A stretch of 61,456 bases of DNA, the filler included, from Globobulimina sp. (lineage: Eukaryota), in NCBI GenBank assembly GCA_003354225.1. It is 18 parts of 18 records of this genome, joined end to end, with 100 filler letters (N's around TTAATTAATTAA, not from the genome) between each part and the next. Parts side by side here need not be neighbours in the genome. Positions count along the whole stretch, not along the records: positions 10,269 to 13,590 come from PIVH01003093.1; positions 13,691 to 17,011 come from PIVH01003094.1; positions 17,112 to 20,432 come from PIVH01003095.1; positions 20,533 to 23,852 come from PIVH01003096.1; 14 more parts are not named here. One strand, written 5' to 3'. The position numbers and the translations under genes were made by a program. This document shows, one piece after another, positions 11,060-21,984 of the stretch (positions are counted from its first letter, which is position 1; every line of letters starts with the position of its first letter). The notes below the pieces were generated by a model that did not search any database, was not told the DNA's origin, and was given only the letters and a program-made list of their open reading frames with translations.

Positions 11060-12051
11060 TTAAACGAATGGTAAATCAGTGATTGGCTCCTCAGAATTCA
11101 ATAAAGTGACAGATGATAAATATTGAAATACAAAGCGATCCACAGTAAACTCCATTGCTATCATAATATCATTGTAAACACTTTGCCTGTTTTGCCAGAT
11201 TTGAAAAATTGCACTGGACTGCGCTGTCGCTTCCACCAAAATACTGTCCTCCTCAGCTTGTGCTCCAATTTTTATTTTTTGGGCTTCAACTTCTGCAGTT
11301 AATAATACTGTGTTTGCTTCAACTAAAGAACCTTCGCGCTCATTCTGTGCAGTAATGATATCATTAGCTGACGCACGCTTAGATGCAATGGCATCGTCCA
11401 GGGCCTCTGGGAAATTATAATTTGCTAAAACAACGTCTGTAATCGCAAAATATGCATTTGCTTCAAGTACATCAGCAATTAATGTCACTTCCAAGTCATT
11501 TTGTATTAATAATCTACCTTCGTAATAATCTTTATTGTAATTAGAAAATGTGAATGTGAGTGGATTATAAAATGGCAATACATACCTTTTGCTGCATATG
11601 TACCGCATGTATCACGTATAGAATCGGTCATAATTAACGTTAAATAGCTTTCCACGTTTGACTCTATACCAAAATTCCTAAATGCGCTATAAACTTGATT
11701 TTGTGGCATTTGATATTGTACATCAACATCTAATACAACTTGGATACCATTTGATGTTAAACATGTCATATCAATTTCCATTTTTTGTACTAAATTGCTA
11801 AATTTAAAAAGCGTTGTTTGCGGAGTTAAAAGATATTTCCCTTCAGTCATGACTTCGGGATGTATGGTGTTGCTAATTTCATTATATTGTATTGCATATT
11901 CACTATATTCAACTGAATATATTGATATTGGAACCAAAATAATTGTTAATAATACACCAAAAGCACATAAAAATCCAAGAACGTACAATTTCACTTTTGT
12001 TGAACAACATGAATTGTCTCCGTATAGTAAGTGATCTTTCTCTGTGAACAT
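11060..12051 (-). CDS. SPFH/band-7 (prohibitin-like) membrane protein (intron 11530-11585)
   Basis: N-terminal TM, CLTSNGIQVVLDVDVQYQ, DSIRDTC, Ala/Glu-rich coiled tail; intron removal joins the ORFs (YAAK|DYYEGR). Confidence 0.85.
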
Positions 12052-12208
12052 GCTGTCAGCGTACACGTACTGTTTTTGCTAAAATGACACTGCAGTTCGA
12101 AAACTCTTTAACAACCATAACATATATCATGGACGTTTTGGATGAAACTATTGTTTCTTCAATCTTAAATTCATTGATCGTGGATTTGATCCAAACAAAT
12201 GGTTAAAT

Positions 12209-13240
12209 TTGACCCTACGAATATTTCTAACAGCAACAGCAACCTATTTATATTATTCTGCTATGCCGCGAAATGCATCATTGTATAATCCAACCACAAT
12301 GATTCAAGCTTGTTTGGTCGGCATTCCAATCATCAAATCAATACATTTTTTCTTATTTAGTGATACAAACAGCAGACGGAAACTGAAGACCCTTCCATAT
12401 TTATTATCATTTATATCTCCAATGATTCGTATCTCAAAAATTCCGAAGCATGACATATTACCTTTCAATATTAAGAGCATTATAAAAACAATAATTACAA
12501 ATACATTGCCGTTATTATTTTTGAGTTATCACTCCGTAATTTGCACAATATATTTGCAAACATATTTGAATCAATGTTTAGATGACAAAGAGAAAGTAAA
12601 TATTATAAGCGCTAATTACTTTTACTTATCATATTATTCATCAATCCAATCAATCACTTTTTTATCAGGGATGTGTACTCAAAATGCGTTATATGCCATG
12701 GTTACATTGTTGACATTAAATCGTTACAAATGGTTGGAAATGAATAATTATGCATTATTTTCCATATCAATCGGTGAATTATGGAGCAAAAGATACAATC
12801 AAATGATCCGAAGCATAATGCATCAATCTATCTTTACACCGGCCATTAACTATGGAATTTCTAAACCGTTTTCAGCTTTGTTATCTTTTTTGGTGAGTGG
12901 AGTAATGCATATTTACATTGCTTATAAAACATTTGGTCATGGACTGTTGTCTACAATGTTATTTTTTGTATTGCATGGAGTTGCTACCGTTGTTGAGTCA
13001 TTTGTTTATGGCAAAGACAAACATTATAGGAATAGGGATAAGTTGTCTGTGTTGGAAATTATGATTAGAATAAGTATTACCATGACTTTTTTTGGGTTTA
13101 CTGTTCCATTATATGTTGGATTGTTTATTGAAGCGTACCCTGAATGGGGGAGACATGCAGGAATTGAACAAGGGTCGTCAATATACGGTGTTAACCAAAT
13201 TGTTGATATGATGCCATCATTTGAATGTTATTATCCGTAA
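12209..13240 (+). CDS. MBOAT family O-acyltransferase (wax-synthase-like)
   Basis: SISIGELWSKRYNQMI, SFLVSGVMH (catalytic His region), FFVLHG; multiple TM helices; start codon uncertain. Confidence 0.8.
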   Translation: MTLRIFLTATATYLYYSAMPRNASLYNPTTMIQACLVGIPIIKSIHFFLFSDTNSRRKLKTLPYLLSFISPMIRISKIPKHDILPFNIKSIIKTIITNTLPLLFLSYHSVICTIYLQTYLNQCLDDKEKVNIISANYFYLSYYSSIQSITFLSGMCTQNALYAMVTLLTLNRYKWLEMNNYALFSISIGELWSKRYNQMIRSIMHQSIFTPAINYGISKPFSALLSFLVSGVMHIYIAYKTFGHGLLSTMLFFVLHGVATVVESFVYGKDKHYRNRDKLSVLEIMIRISITMTFFGFTVPLYVGLFIEAYPEWGRHAGIEQGSSIYGVNQIVDMMPSFECYYP

Positions 13241-13245
13241 CATAT

Positions 13246-13353
13246 CACTGCAGTCACAACTATTGAGCTAATTCTCATTGTTGTGATCGGACTTCAACTT
13301 TTGGAGTTGATTGCTCACCACAATAAATTAGCTCAATAGTTGTGTCTGCAGTG
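13246..13353. mobile_element. MITE-like fold-back with 28-bp TIRs starting CACTG
   Basis: CACTGCAGTCACAACTATTGAGCTAATT ... AATTAGCTCAATAGTTGTGTCTGCAGTG (27/28 complementary). Confidence 0.7.
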
Positions 13354-13416
13354 GTTAAAATTGTGTGACGTCTTGAGCCTTGTCACTGAGCACACTTCTA
13401 CTTATTTTAGGGCGCA

Positions 13417-13590
13417 TACTTTAGAATAGGACGTGTTTAGAATATTGCCTTTTGGATTTAAAGAGCTTATTTTAAATTCGTGATGTATAGAATATTACAT
13501 TCATTCGCCCATAGGCTATAAACAGGCAGTGTTTCAAAAACGAAATGTTTTGAATTCAAACTGTAATTTTAAAAACAATTGTGTTTCAAA
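13417..13590. mobile_element. Truncated copy of the MITE family at 43245-43389
   Basis: TACTTTAGAATAGGACGTGTTT left end and ATTTTAAAAACAATTGTGTTTCAAA at the contig end match the 43245 element. Confidence 0.6.
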
Positions 13591-13690
13591 NNNNNNNNNN
13601 NNNNNNNNNNNNNNNNNNNNNNNNNNNNNNNNNNTTAATTAATTAANNNNNNNNNNNNNNNNNNNNNNNNNNNNNNNNNNNNNNNNNNNN

Positions 13691-14748
13691 ATTCTTTTCA
13701 CCGTATTTATTTTATGCGGCTCAATCCCCAAATAATCATTGATCAATTTTATTAAAATATATTCACTCCAAAACAATTTCACATTCCGTTTCTCTTTATT
13801 TATTTTGCCATATTGCTGCTTCAAAGCATGCCCATATTTGATATTAAATGCTTTCAACGAGCTGCAATCAAAAAAAATATCATTTCCACATTGCCGCACT
13901 AAATATTCTAAGTCGTACTGATCAGCCAAACTCATATAATGCTCGCAAACAAACATGACCATCGGCTTCAATTTGTGAATATATCGCTTTCCGCTCAATG
14001 AGGAATGAATACATTTATAAATGGAACATATAATCAATGGATTAGCTATCATGAATTTGGAATATCTCCGCAATGATAATTCGTCATTCATTAATATTGA
14101 ATCATCCGTATATTTCAATAGCACATCATCTCCGTTCTTCTCTTCCTCTTTATATAAATGATAGAAACACTCCGCTAAATACCTCCAAAATTTATTTGCA
14201 ATGATCAAATTATTTACTTTCTGCGCATTATATCCAATGCGAACAGACTGTAATATGTTAAATATTAAACTGCGAATATCATCGTATTTATTTTTGTTGC
14301 CATCGCCATCACGATTATTGGAGATAATTTGCACATTTTCGCCAATTAAATATTCCAAAATGTCCAAGGAACCGACGCGGATCGCCTGTTTTAGTGCAGC
14401 TTTGGCGATGGCGCCGCTGTGATGCGCATTTGGTATGCATTCATTATTTAATATTTTAGCTAATAAAATAGGCTTATTCTCCTTCACGATTACGTCAAAC
14501 ATTTTGATTGTATCCTTGACCGAAATACTGCTGTCGTCCTGGATGAGTGTGCCTAGATTTTCAAGTAAATCCAAAAAAACAGGGATCCCTTCTTTATCTC
14601 CGGGATAATGGCTTTCGATTAATAATGCATAAACTAACCGCGTCCCGACTCTCCATGTTCTGACTGTGTCCTCCTCTGCGCGTTCAAAGCCTGCAGGGAC
14701 TCCGTATAAAGACATGAAAGCTAGACTGTACTTACTTGGCTCAGGCAA
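13691..14748 (-). CDS. Hypothetical protein, one ankyrin-like segment, partial
   Basis: About 350-aa ORF; AALKQAIRVGSLDILEYLI resembles an ankyrin helix pair; start uncertain. Confidence 0.5.
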
Positions 14749-14827
14749 AGTTTTTTAAAGATTATTAATTAAAGATGAGAGTCATCAGATTAAACAGTAG
14801 AAAAAAAATTATTTATTAATTTTTTTC

Positions 14828-15832
14828 TTAGTTATTATCAAACACAAGTTCGAATTCTTGATTGTCTGTAGGTTCAATAATTTTACCATTGGAGTCGACA
14901 ATTTGTGTCAACATAATTTCCATTTCAAATTGCAATGGTTTTTCAATATCAAATGGATCATTACTTAATGGATAAAATATGCAACTTTGCCTTTCATCAA
15001 TGATCCAATTACCTTTGTTAATATTTGTGACATTTGTTTTAATGATATCCGTACCAAATATTTGTGTAACTCTATTGCACCATTTTAGGAAAGCCAGCTC
15101 GATGCACGGTTTGCCGTCGTCATTCGCCTCAAAACCCCGCGGCGCAAAACTTAAGACCCAACAGCTGTTATTTGGTATGTCGCACACCAACGATTTGCCA
15201 ATGGGCCAATTCTTTATTCTTTGCTTCAACTTTTCAGTCAATTTCCATTCAAATACATAATTCTTCTGCATTTTAAATGGTTCAATCCAAGTCTTATTAT
15301 GCTTATATTTGATGGAATTAATATTGATATAAACACTAAAGACTAAGTGTTTGGCGTTGTTCTCATTTTCAGCATGTTTATATTCTGCTAATTGCATACA
15401 GCCATTATCCCAGCCATAGTATTGACTTTGTTGCGTATTGTGATTATAGCCAATGAAGTGAGTGTTGGTTTGTTTACATTCCATCTCATAATTATATCTC
15501 AGTGAAATTATGTTTTTCTTATTAAAGGCTGCCGCAATAAAAAATAATGTTGTTCCGTTCTCATTTTCTAAACGACCGTTTGGAAATACTTCACAATCAA
15601 ACGAAATATCATTGTTGTATTTAAATCGACGTTCTATGAATTCGCCATTCTTCTTTTGTAGGAATTGCTGCAGTCTCGTCCCACCAATTGAAATATAGAA
15701 AATATCATCAAAATAAGTTAAACATAATTTGTTAATTGCAAGTGGTACTCGACCAGCCGAATTGTGACGGATATAGCCAAATGTTGCTAATGTTTTAGAC
15801 TCTCGACTTAAGACACTTTGTCCCAGCGACAT
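14828..15832 (-). CDS. Tandem MATH/TRAF-like beta-domain protein with N-terminal GYIR motif
   Basis: FDCEVFPNG, FEWKL and WVLSFAPRG strands typical of MATH-like folds; LATFGYIR...VPLAINKLCLTYF at the N-terminus. Confidence 0.6.
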   Translation of the reverse strand: MSLGQSVLSRESKTLATFGYIRHNSAGRVPLAINKLCLTYFDDIFYISIGGTRLQQFLQKKNGEFIERRFKYNNDISFDCEVFPNGRLENENGTTLFFIAAAFNKKNIISLRYNYEMECKQTNTHFIGYNHNTQQSQYYGWDNGCMQLAEYKHAENENNAKHLVFSVYININSIKYKHNKTWIEPFKMQKNYVFEWKLTEKLKQRIKNWPIGKSLVCDIPNNSCWVLSFAPRGFEANDDGKPCIELAFLKWCNRVTQIFGTDIIKTNVTNINKGNWIIDERQSCIFYPLSNDPFDIEKPLQFEMEIMLTQIVDSNGKIIEPTDNQEFELVFDNN

Positions 15833-15927
15833 GATTCGCTCTCAATAAATGAAGAGAGTTGAAAAAAACTTTTATTTTGCGAGTATATCCTTGCAAAACT
15901 TTAAGAATGAAACATTAAAAAAAGTAA

Positions 15928-16573
15928 TTAGTGGCAATGTCTACGGGATTTTGTTCCCGCGGAATCAACACAATTGTGAATATCATTTGGTTTCTTTCTA
16001 ATTAATTGTCCATTTTCATCGGCATAAATCACTGCTTTTAGTTGCAAGGCTTTCAAGATTTTAATACATTGTTTGCATGGCTTGGCATTTGACAAATAAA
16101 TTTCAAAAGAATTTTCCGAAATGTTTTTCAGCGAAAATCTAACAACAATCAATATGGTTTTCTTTAATAACCTTAATTGTCGTTGTTTATATGTTAAACA
16201 ATTAATTGCGCCAATTTCAGCATGTCTGGTTGCCATTTTATCCAATTTATTGAAATGCAAATTAAACCGATGTAAATTTGGTGATGCATAGCCACAAAAC
16301 CTGACAGCCGTAATTTGTTTCCCTCCACGAACCATAAATGCACATAATTGTAGTTTTCGTTTGCTCAATGGACAAATTGTTATTTTCCTACATTCTGAAT
16401 TCGAATTCGGGACATATCCCATCCTCACTCTTATCTTCTTCGTTATCATTATTAGTACCTGCAAAATGGCATTGCCTCTCATTGTAACATTTCTGTTTAA
16501 TTTTATTGATCACACTCCAAACAACTGGAGGAATATTCTGTTTCTTCGTATTATCAATATAATTAGTTTTCAT
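15928..16573 (-). CDS. Zn-dependent cytidine/dCMP deaminase-superfamily protein
   Basis: HAE (TRHAEIGAI) and PCxxC (NAKPCKQC) motifs. ORF 16388-16573 joins in frame via a candidate intron 16395-16458; otherwise the start is 16482. Confidence 0.85.
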
Positions 16574-16697
16574 GTTTGAGACTTCTTTAATCTTTATATT
16601 GGGATGTAAGAGTTAAATTAATTGAAATAAAACTTCAAAAAAACAGTCAACTAAAAAATCTCTTACACGAATCTATAAAGAATCTGTTGAACAAAGA

Positions 16698-17011
16698 ATG
16701 TCTTGGAACGAATACATCCAAGCAGCCACAAAACTGGGCTTCACGAAAGTTACAATTATTAACCGCCAAAATTTTAATACAATTGCATTGACAGCGCAGA
16801 GTGACATTGCAACCGCGTGGATGGAAGGTGATAAACAAATAAATGAGAATCAAGAATTATTAGACAATTGGATTGATGCAAAAAAAAGAACCTTTTGCTT
16901 TTATGGCAAGAAATTTAACATAATTTTAAGAGAGCCCGATGATGATGAAAATTGTGCCATTGTTTGTGCCCAAGGCAATGAAATATGTCTTGCGAGACAA
17001 TTTAAATCAAT
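16698..17011 (+). CDS. Profilin-like protein, 3' truncated
   Basis: MSWNEYI start; FCFYGKKFNIILR corresponds to the profilin G.KY..LR strand. Confidence 0.65.
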
Positions 17012-17111
17012 NNNNNNNNNNNNNNNNNNNNNNNNNNNNNNNNNNNNNNNNNNNNTTAATTAATTAANNNNNNNNNNNNNNNNNNNNNNNNNNNNNNNNN
17101 NNNNNNNNNNN

Positions 17112-20100
17112 ATTCATTGCGGAATTTAAAAAATATAGATATTTTAATGGAAAATCATAAAAAAGATAGTTTGTGTAAATATCTATCTGATACAGTGTAC
17201 GATTTATATGAACGAATGAGATCCAATGATAGTATAAAACATATGATACGGACCAATTTAGCCAATAAAGTCAAGACAAAATCGATGATTCAATATGAAA
17301 AGTTACATGAAATTGTGGTGAAACATGCCATTGAACATTCCTGTATTTGGTTGCGGATCAGGACCTCTCTAGCACGGTATGTCACGCTCTAAACTGCCAT
17401 GCTTTTGCCATGATTTTCCAAGTGACACACTCAAAAACCATTTCACAGTCCAAAATCATGGCAAAATGAGCTCAAAAGTCAAAACCTTCACAAACTCTCT
17501 TCACAAAATAATATAACACAACAGCGGTTATTCAGACGCACCGGGCAAATTTAGTAACGGTGGCTTGCGTGGAGAAAACGAGCAGGAACAAGACGAAGAT
17601 TATAGTGTTTGCACAGTCTGTTTTGATGGTAGTTTTAGCGACGATAATCCCATCGTGTTTTGTGACGAATGCAATGTCGGATTACATCGGTATTGTTATG
17701 GTATTATACACGTTCCCGGTGACAATGATCGATGGTATTGCGATTCATGCAATTGGCTGCATAAAAACGGCAACGATAACAAACCGCAATGCTGCTTATG
17801 TCCCATCAGTGGCTGTGCCTTAAAACAGACCAAAAGTGGCGGCTTCGCCCACGTTGCCTGCGCACTATGGGTCAATGGGATCGATATTGGCAATGTCAGA
17901 CGAATGAATCCGATCTGTGGTGTTTTAAAAGTGCAAGAAATGCAAAGTAAATCTGCGATAAAAATACATAGCAAAATGTTGGAAATCGGATTGAAAATAA
18001 ATAATGGAATCCAGATTGACGAGGCCGATAAGCAATATTTGCAATGGATTGGCGAATGGACACATAAATGCATTGTATGTGGTGACGACAATGGATGTTT
18101 CGTTGAGTGTGCTGACCCGCAGTGTATCTCTAGAATTCATGTATGTGTATACTTTCGTTTTCCGTTCATTTTGACTGTGCAGTGGTTTTTGAGTGTGTCA
18201 CTTCAGCCATGCCAATGCTTTCTTGTGTTCATGTTTGCTTTTTGCCAGGTTTTATGTGGCTGGTTTACGGGCTATAGCATGCAAATCAAATTGAACAAAG
18301 AAACTGGCAGCATTTCATGCGTCATATACTGCCCTAAACATACGCCATTAAACGCGGATGGCGACAGTCGAAACTTAAACTATTTCAGACAAATCCGTGG
18401 CAATGGCTTGGAACACAGGAAAAATATGCTGTCGATGGAAAAAAAGCGCACTAAGTATCAGAAATTGACTGCGAAATTCATCAGATTTGCCGATAAATAT
18501 CCAACGGAAACGTGTTGTATCTGTTTCACAGACTATCCGCAGTTTACATTAATAAAATGCGTCAAATGCAACATTTTCGTGCATGGCAAATGTTATTGTA
18601 TTGAGAAAATAGGCAATGTGGACAATTGGCAATGTGATATTTGCATTTCCTATCCAGAATATCATAAGACGTTGTTACATGATTACGACTCAGATAGCGA
18701 TGAGTTGGACGTTGAACGGGTATTCAATTTGGAATGTGTTGAATGTGTATTATGTCCGCGAAGAGGTGGCGCATTTAAACAGATTGAAATGAAAAATAAT
18801 CTGTGTTGGATACACGTATGTTGCGGGCAATGGATTGATGGGATCCGATTCAATAAACAATTGAATAAATTTATATGTTATAATGAGGCGGTTAGTACCT
18901 GTAATAAATGCTATTTATGCCGTAAGCAACGGGAAGATAACGATACGACGATACAGTGCCAATATGGTGCCTGCGATTTGAGCTTTCATGTATGTTTTAT
19001 ATATCTTTCCCCACTGACACAGCGCCATTCATTTTGAGTGTAAAGTGGTTTTTGAGTGTGGCACTTGGAGACATGAGCATGCTTTCGACATTTTTGTGTT
19101 TGACGTACTTTGAAAGGTATTGTGTGGGTTATTTGGTGACTGCTATTTGCGAGCACATAAATGTGCGAACGGGTTCGAGTTTAAATTTTATTGCACCAAA
19201 CATAAGTATATGATAGAAAGCGATGCCAAAGATATAAACGTAGAGTACAAACTGACGCAGCATTTGCTAAACATAAAGCGATTACGTTTGAAACTGTGCA
19301 AAATTAAGTCAACTTCAGATAGAATTTGCGAGTACGAATTGAATCAACGAGGAATAATTAACCACACTACAGCCTCATACAAAGAATGTGGTAAATTGCC
19401 CCCAAAATCCACTAGAAAAAAGCACAAAAAATATAAGAAATACGAGTCGGAAAATTCTGATTTTGAGCTCAAAAAACGTGTCAAATCTCATCGAAAAAGA
19501 AAGCATAGAAATAGGAAACGAAAAAGAAGCAAAAACGACGAATATTCGTCGCTTACCGGTACGGATTATACTGATTCAAAGTCAATGATATCGATATCGG
19601 AGAATAATGAAATGTCATTGTCGGAATTCAATGAGAACGACAATGTGGTTGCCATCGAAGAAAAGTTCACGAGTCGTATCACGAGAAGCCATTCAAAAAT
19701 CAAATCAAAGCGGAAAAGCAAAAATAAAAATAAAAACGAAGGCGGCATACAAATGGCGACCGATATTTGGGCGGAACAGTATAAATACGGCGGCGGTGAG
19801 ATCAAATGGCCAGTTATTAAACGGAATGGATGGTTTATGGCTATTCCGCGCTTGAAATTGCCCAAAAGTAATAAGTACAGATATTCCCATTTGGAGCGCA
19901 AACAGAAGGAAAAGATATTGTTAATGGAGAAGGAGAAAGCGGTGGAAATGAATATGTCCAATGATTGGAACAATTTGTTACAGAAAATCAAGGAGAAAGA
20001 GAGGGAAATGGACGATGATGGAAATTATGAGAGTATGCTGCGAGAGAAATATGGTTCGGGCGGAACAGGATGGGAATTGACGTATGATTTGAACCAGACG

Positions 20101-20289
20101 GAGGTAACGGATTCGTTGCAACATACTAAGATATGCCCATACTGCAAAAAAATAAAGCAAGCGACAATGTCGTTGCATAATTGGGCCAGGCACTTGAATG
20201 CAAAACACGTGTTTAAATGTATAAAGTGCGACTTGTACTTTACCAGACATCAATTGTTAACAAAACATTTGGAACAATGTAATCAATAA
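17112..20289 (+). CDS. PHD-finger chromatin reader with two PZP (PHD-ePHD) modules and C-terminal C2H2 fingers, 5' truncated
   Basis: CTVCFDG...NPIVFCDECNVGLHRYCYG, CCLCP..GCALK, HVACALW; second module CVLCPRRGGAFK, WIHVCC. Introns 17377-17524, 18141-18248 and 18990-19116 give a continuous frame. Confidence 0.9.
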
Positions 20290-20532
20290 TTTGTTAGAAA
20301 TATTTGAAATATAAAAAGTATGACTAGATTATAGTGTGAATTAGTTGAATCTATCTGTTGTTGTTTCACTAAGCTTTCGGCTAACTTAAAGAAGCCATTG
20401 TCAAAGTGTTTAAATTGAATACTTAAAGAAGTNNNNNNNNNNNNNNNNNNNNNNNNNNNNNNNNNNNNNNNNNNNNTTAATTAATTAANNNNNNNNNNNN
20501 NNNNNNNNNNNNNNNNNNNNNNNNNNNNNNNN

Positions 20533-21779
20533 CACGCGGAATGACACAAATACAACGAAGCAATCTCAAAAGATTCGAACATAATCTCCAGCATTCTCTC
20601 CCTGTCCTTATCCGCTGTGCCGTATCGTTCCGTCATTAGCAACGGATTGCCCTTCGCGCACAACTTGTTATTTAGTACGTCATTCCAAATATACTCCATC
20701 TCGTTCCAATCCGTGATAAACCCCCTCCGTATGGGCCATTTGGGGCAAACTTTCAATTTGCCGCACATTGACATGGCAGCGGCACCAATCTCAAGCTTGC
20801 CGCTGTTGTCCTGTTTGCAATACGCCGTTGGAAAGACAATGGTGGGCACGTTTGGCGCCACATGCTGTGATAAATTGCATCCAAAGCCACATTTCATGAG
20901 TCCCGAGCCATTATCGATGATGATGCAATTGCCTGTGGCCGCATTGTCATTGTCGTTGATGAGGTTAAATGGCGTGAATTTATTATGTAACCTCTCCGTC
21001 GAATAGGCTTTGGGTGATATGATGGTATCGTCGTTTTTTCTGCGTAGCTCATGTTTAGAATATGGGTTTGTGCTGATTTTTAATTTCGATGTAGTATCAA
21101 ATGTTTGCTTTTTCTCTTCTTCGCCGTGTATATCATAGGCAATGTTTGAAGCGGATTTACTGCGTCTTCGGATTCGGGCGGTATTGGCATTGCTATTTTT
21201 CATTTTGTTTGCTGGCGTTTTGGTATATTTTTGAAAATAATATTTATTTAAATTTATTTTCAGCTTACAGCCGTCGAATAAATCTGTTAAGGATTCGAAC
21301 TTAAAAAATTGATGTTGATAGACCCGATCATTGATTTCGAACTCGCATTGGGAGGAAATGGACAATTGTTTCAGATCCACATCGTGACCGAATCTACGGA
21401 TTAAAAATTCTTTAATTTCCAGCAATTGTACATCTTTATGGATGTCGTTTGGTTTGTATTTAAACCTACGTTTGTTTCCATTGTTGGATAATTCTAAAAA
21501 TAATGTCATTGAAAAGTTTTGGTCGTTGGGCGTGGCGGAGAGTTTTGAAGGTAGTGAGGAGCGTCTTTCTTCAGTGTATTGTTGCGCGGAGGCAGTGGTA
21601 CTATGTATATGTGGCGAGGCGGATTGATGTCTATGTAATTGAGGATGCGGTGAACTTGATGCCTGATGGATGGCATTGGTCAGTTTTTCTGTGCATTCCA
21701 AACAAACCCATACGCCGTGGTCTTCGTCGAATTGCAGCTTGCATATTGAACAATCAATTATCTTTTGTGAACTGGCCAT
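20533..21779 (-). CDS. Actin-related protein with long N-terminal extension, 3' truncated
   Basis: IIIDNGSGLMKCGF, WPIRRGFITDWNEMEYIW, PLLMTE and RERMLEIMFESF are actin motifs, beginning near aa 285. Confidence 0.9.
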
Positions 21780-21984
21780 GTTCGGAAAACATTAACTGGG
21801 TCACAATGTTCCAAAATGTAAACAGTTGAATAACCATGACACTCCTGTCAAGCTCGCAGCTGATTGTATTGTATGCCAAAAATGAGTGTTGTCATAATCA
21901 TAATTATAAATAATTAATATAAGTTTGACTATCTTTCTAAACTGTTTTCGTAAATTAAAGCTCTAGCTTCAACAGATCAAGACA

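Noticed and set aside
17420..17445. RAG/Transib RSS-like signal (CAAAAACC) in the intron motif
   Set aside because: No CACAGTG heptamer at a 12- or 23-nt spacing.
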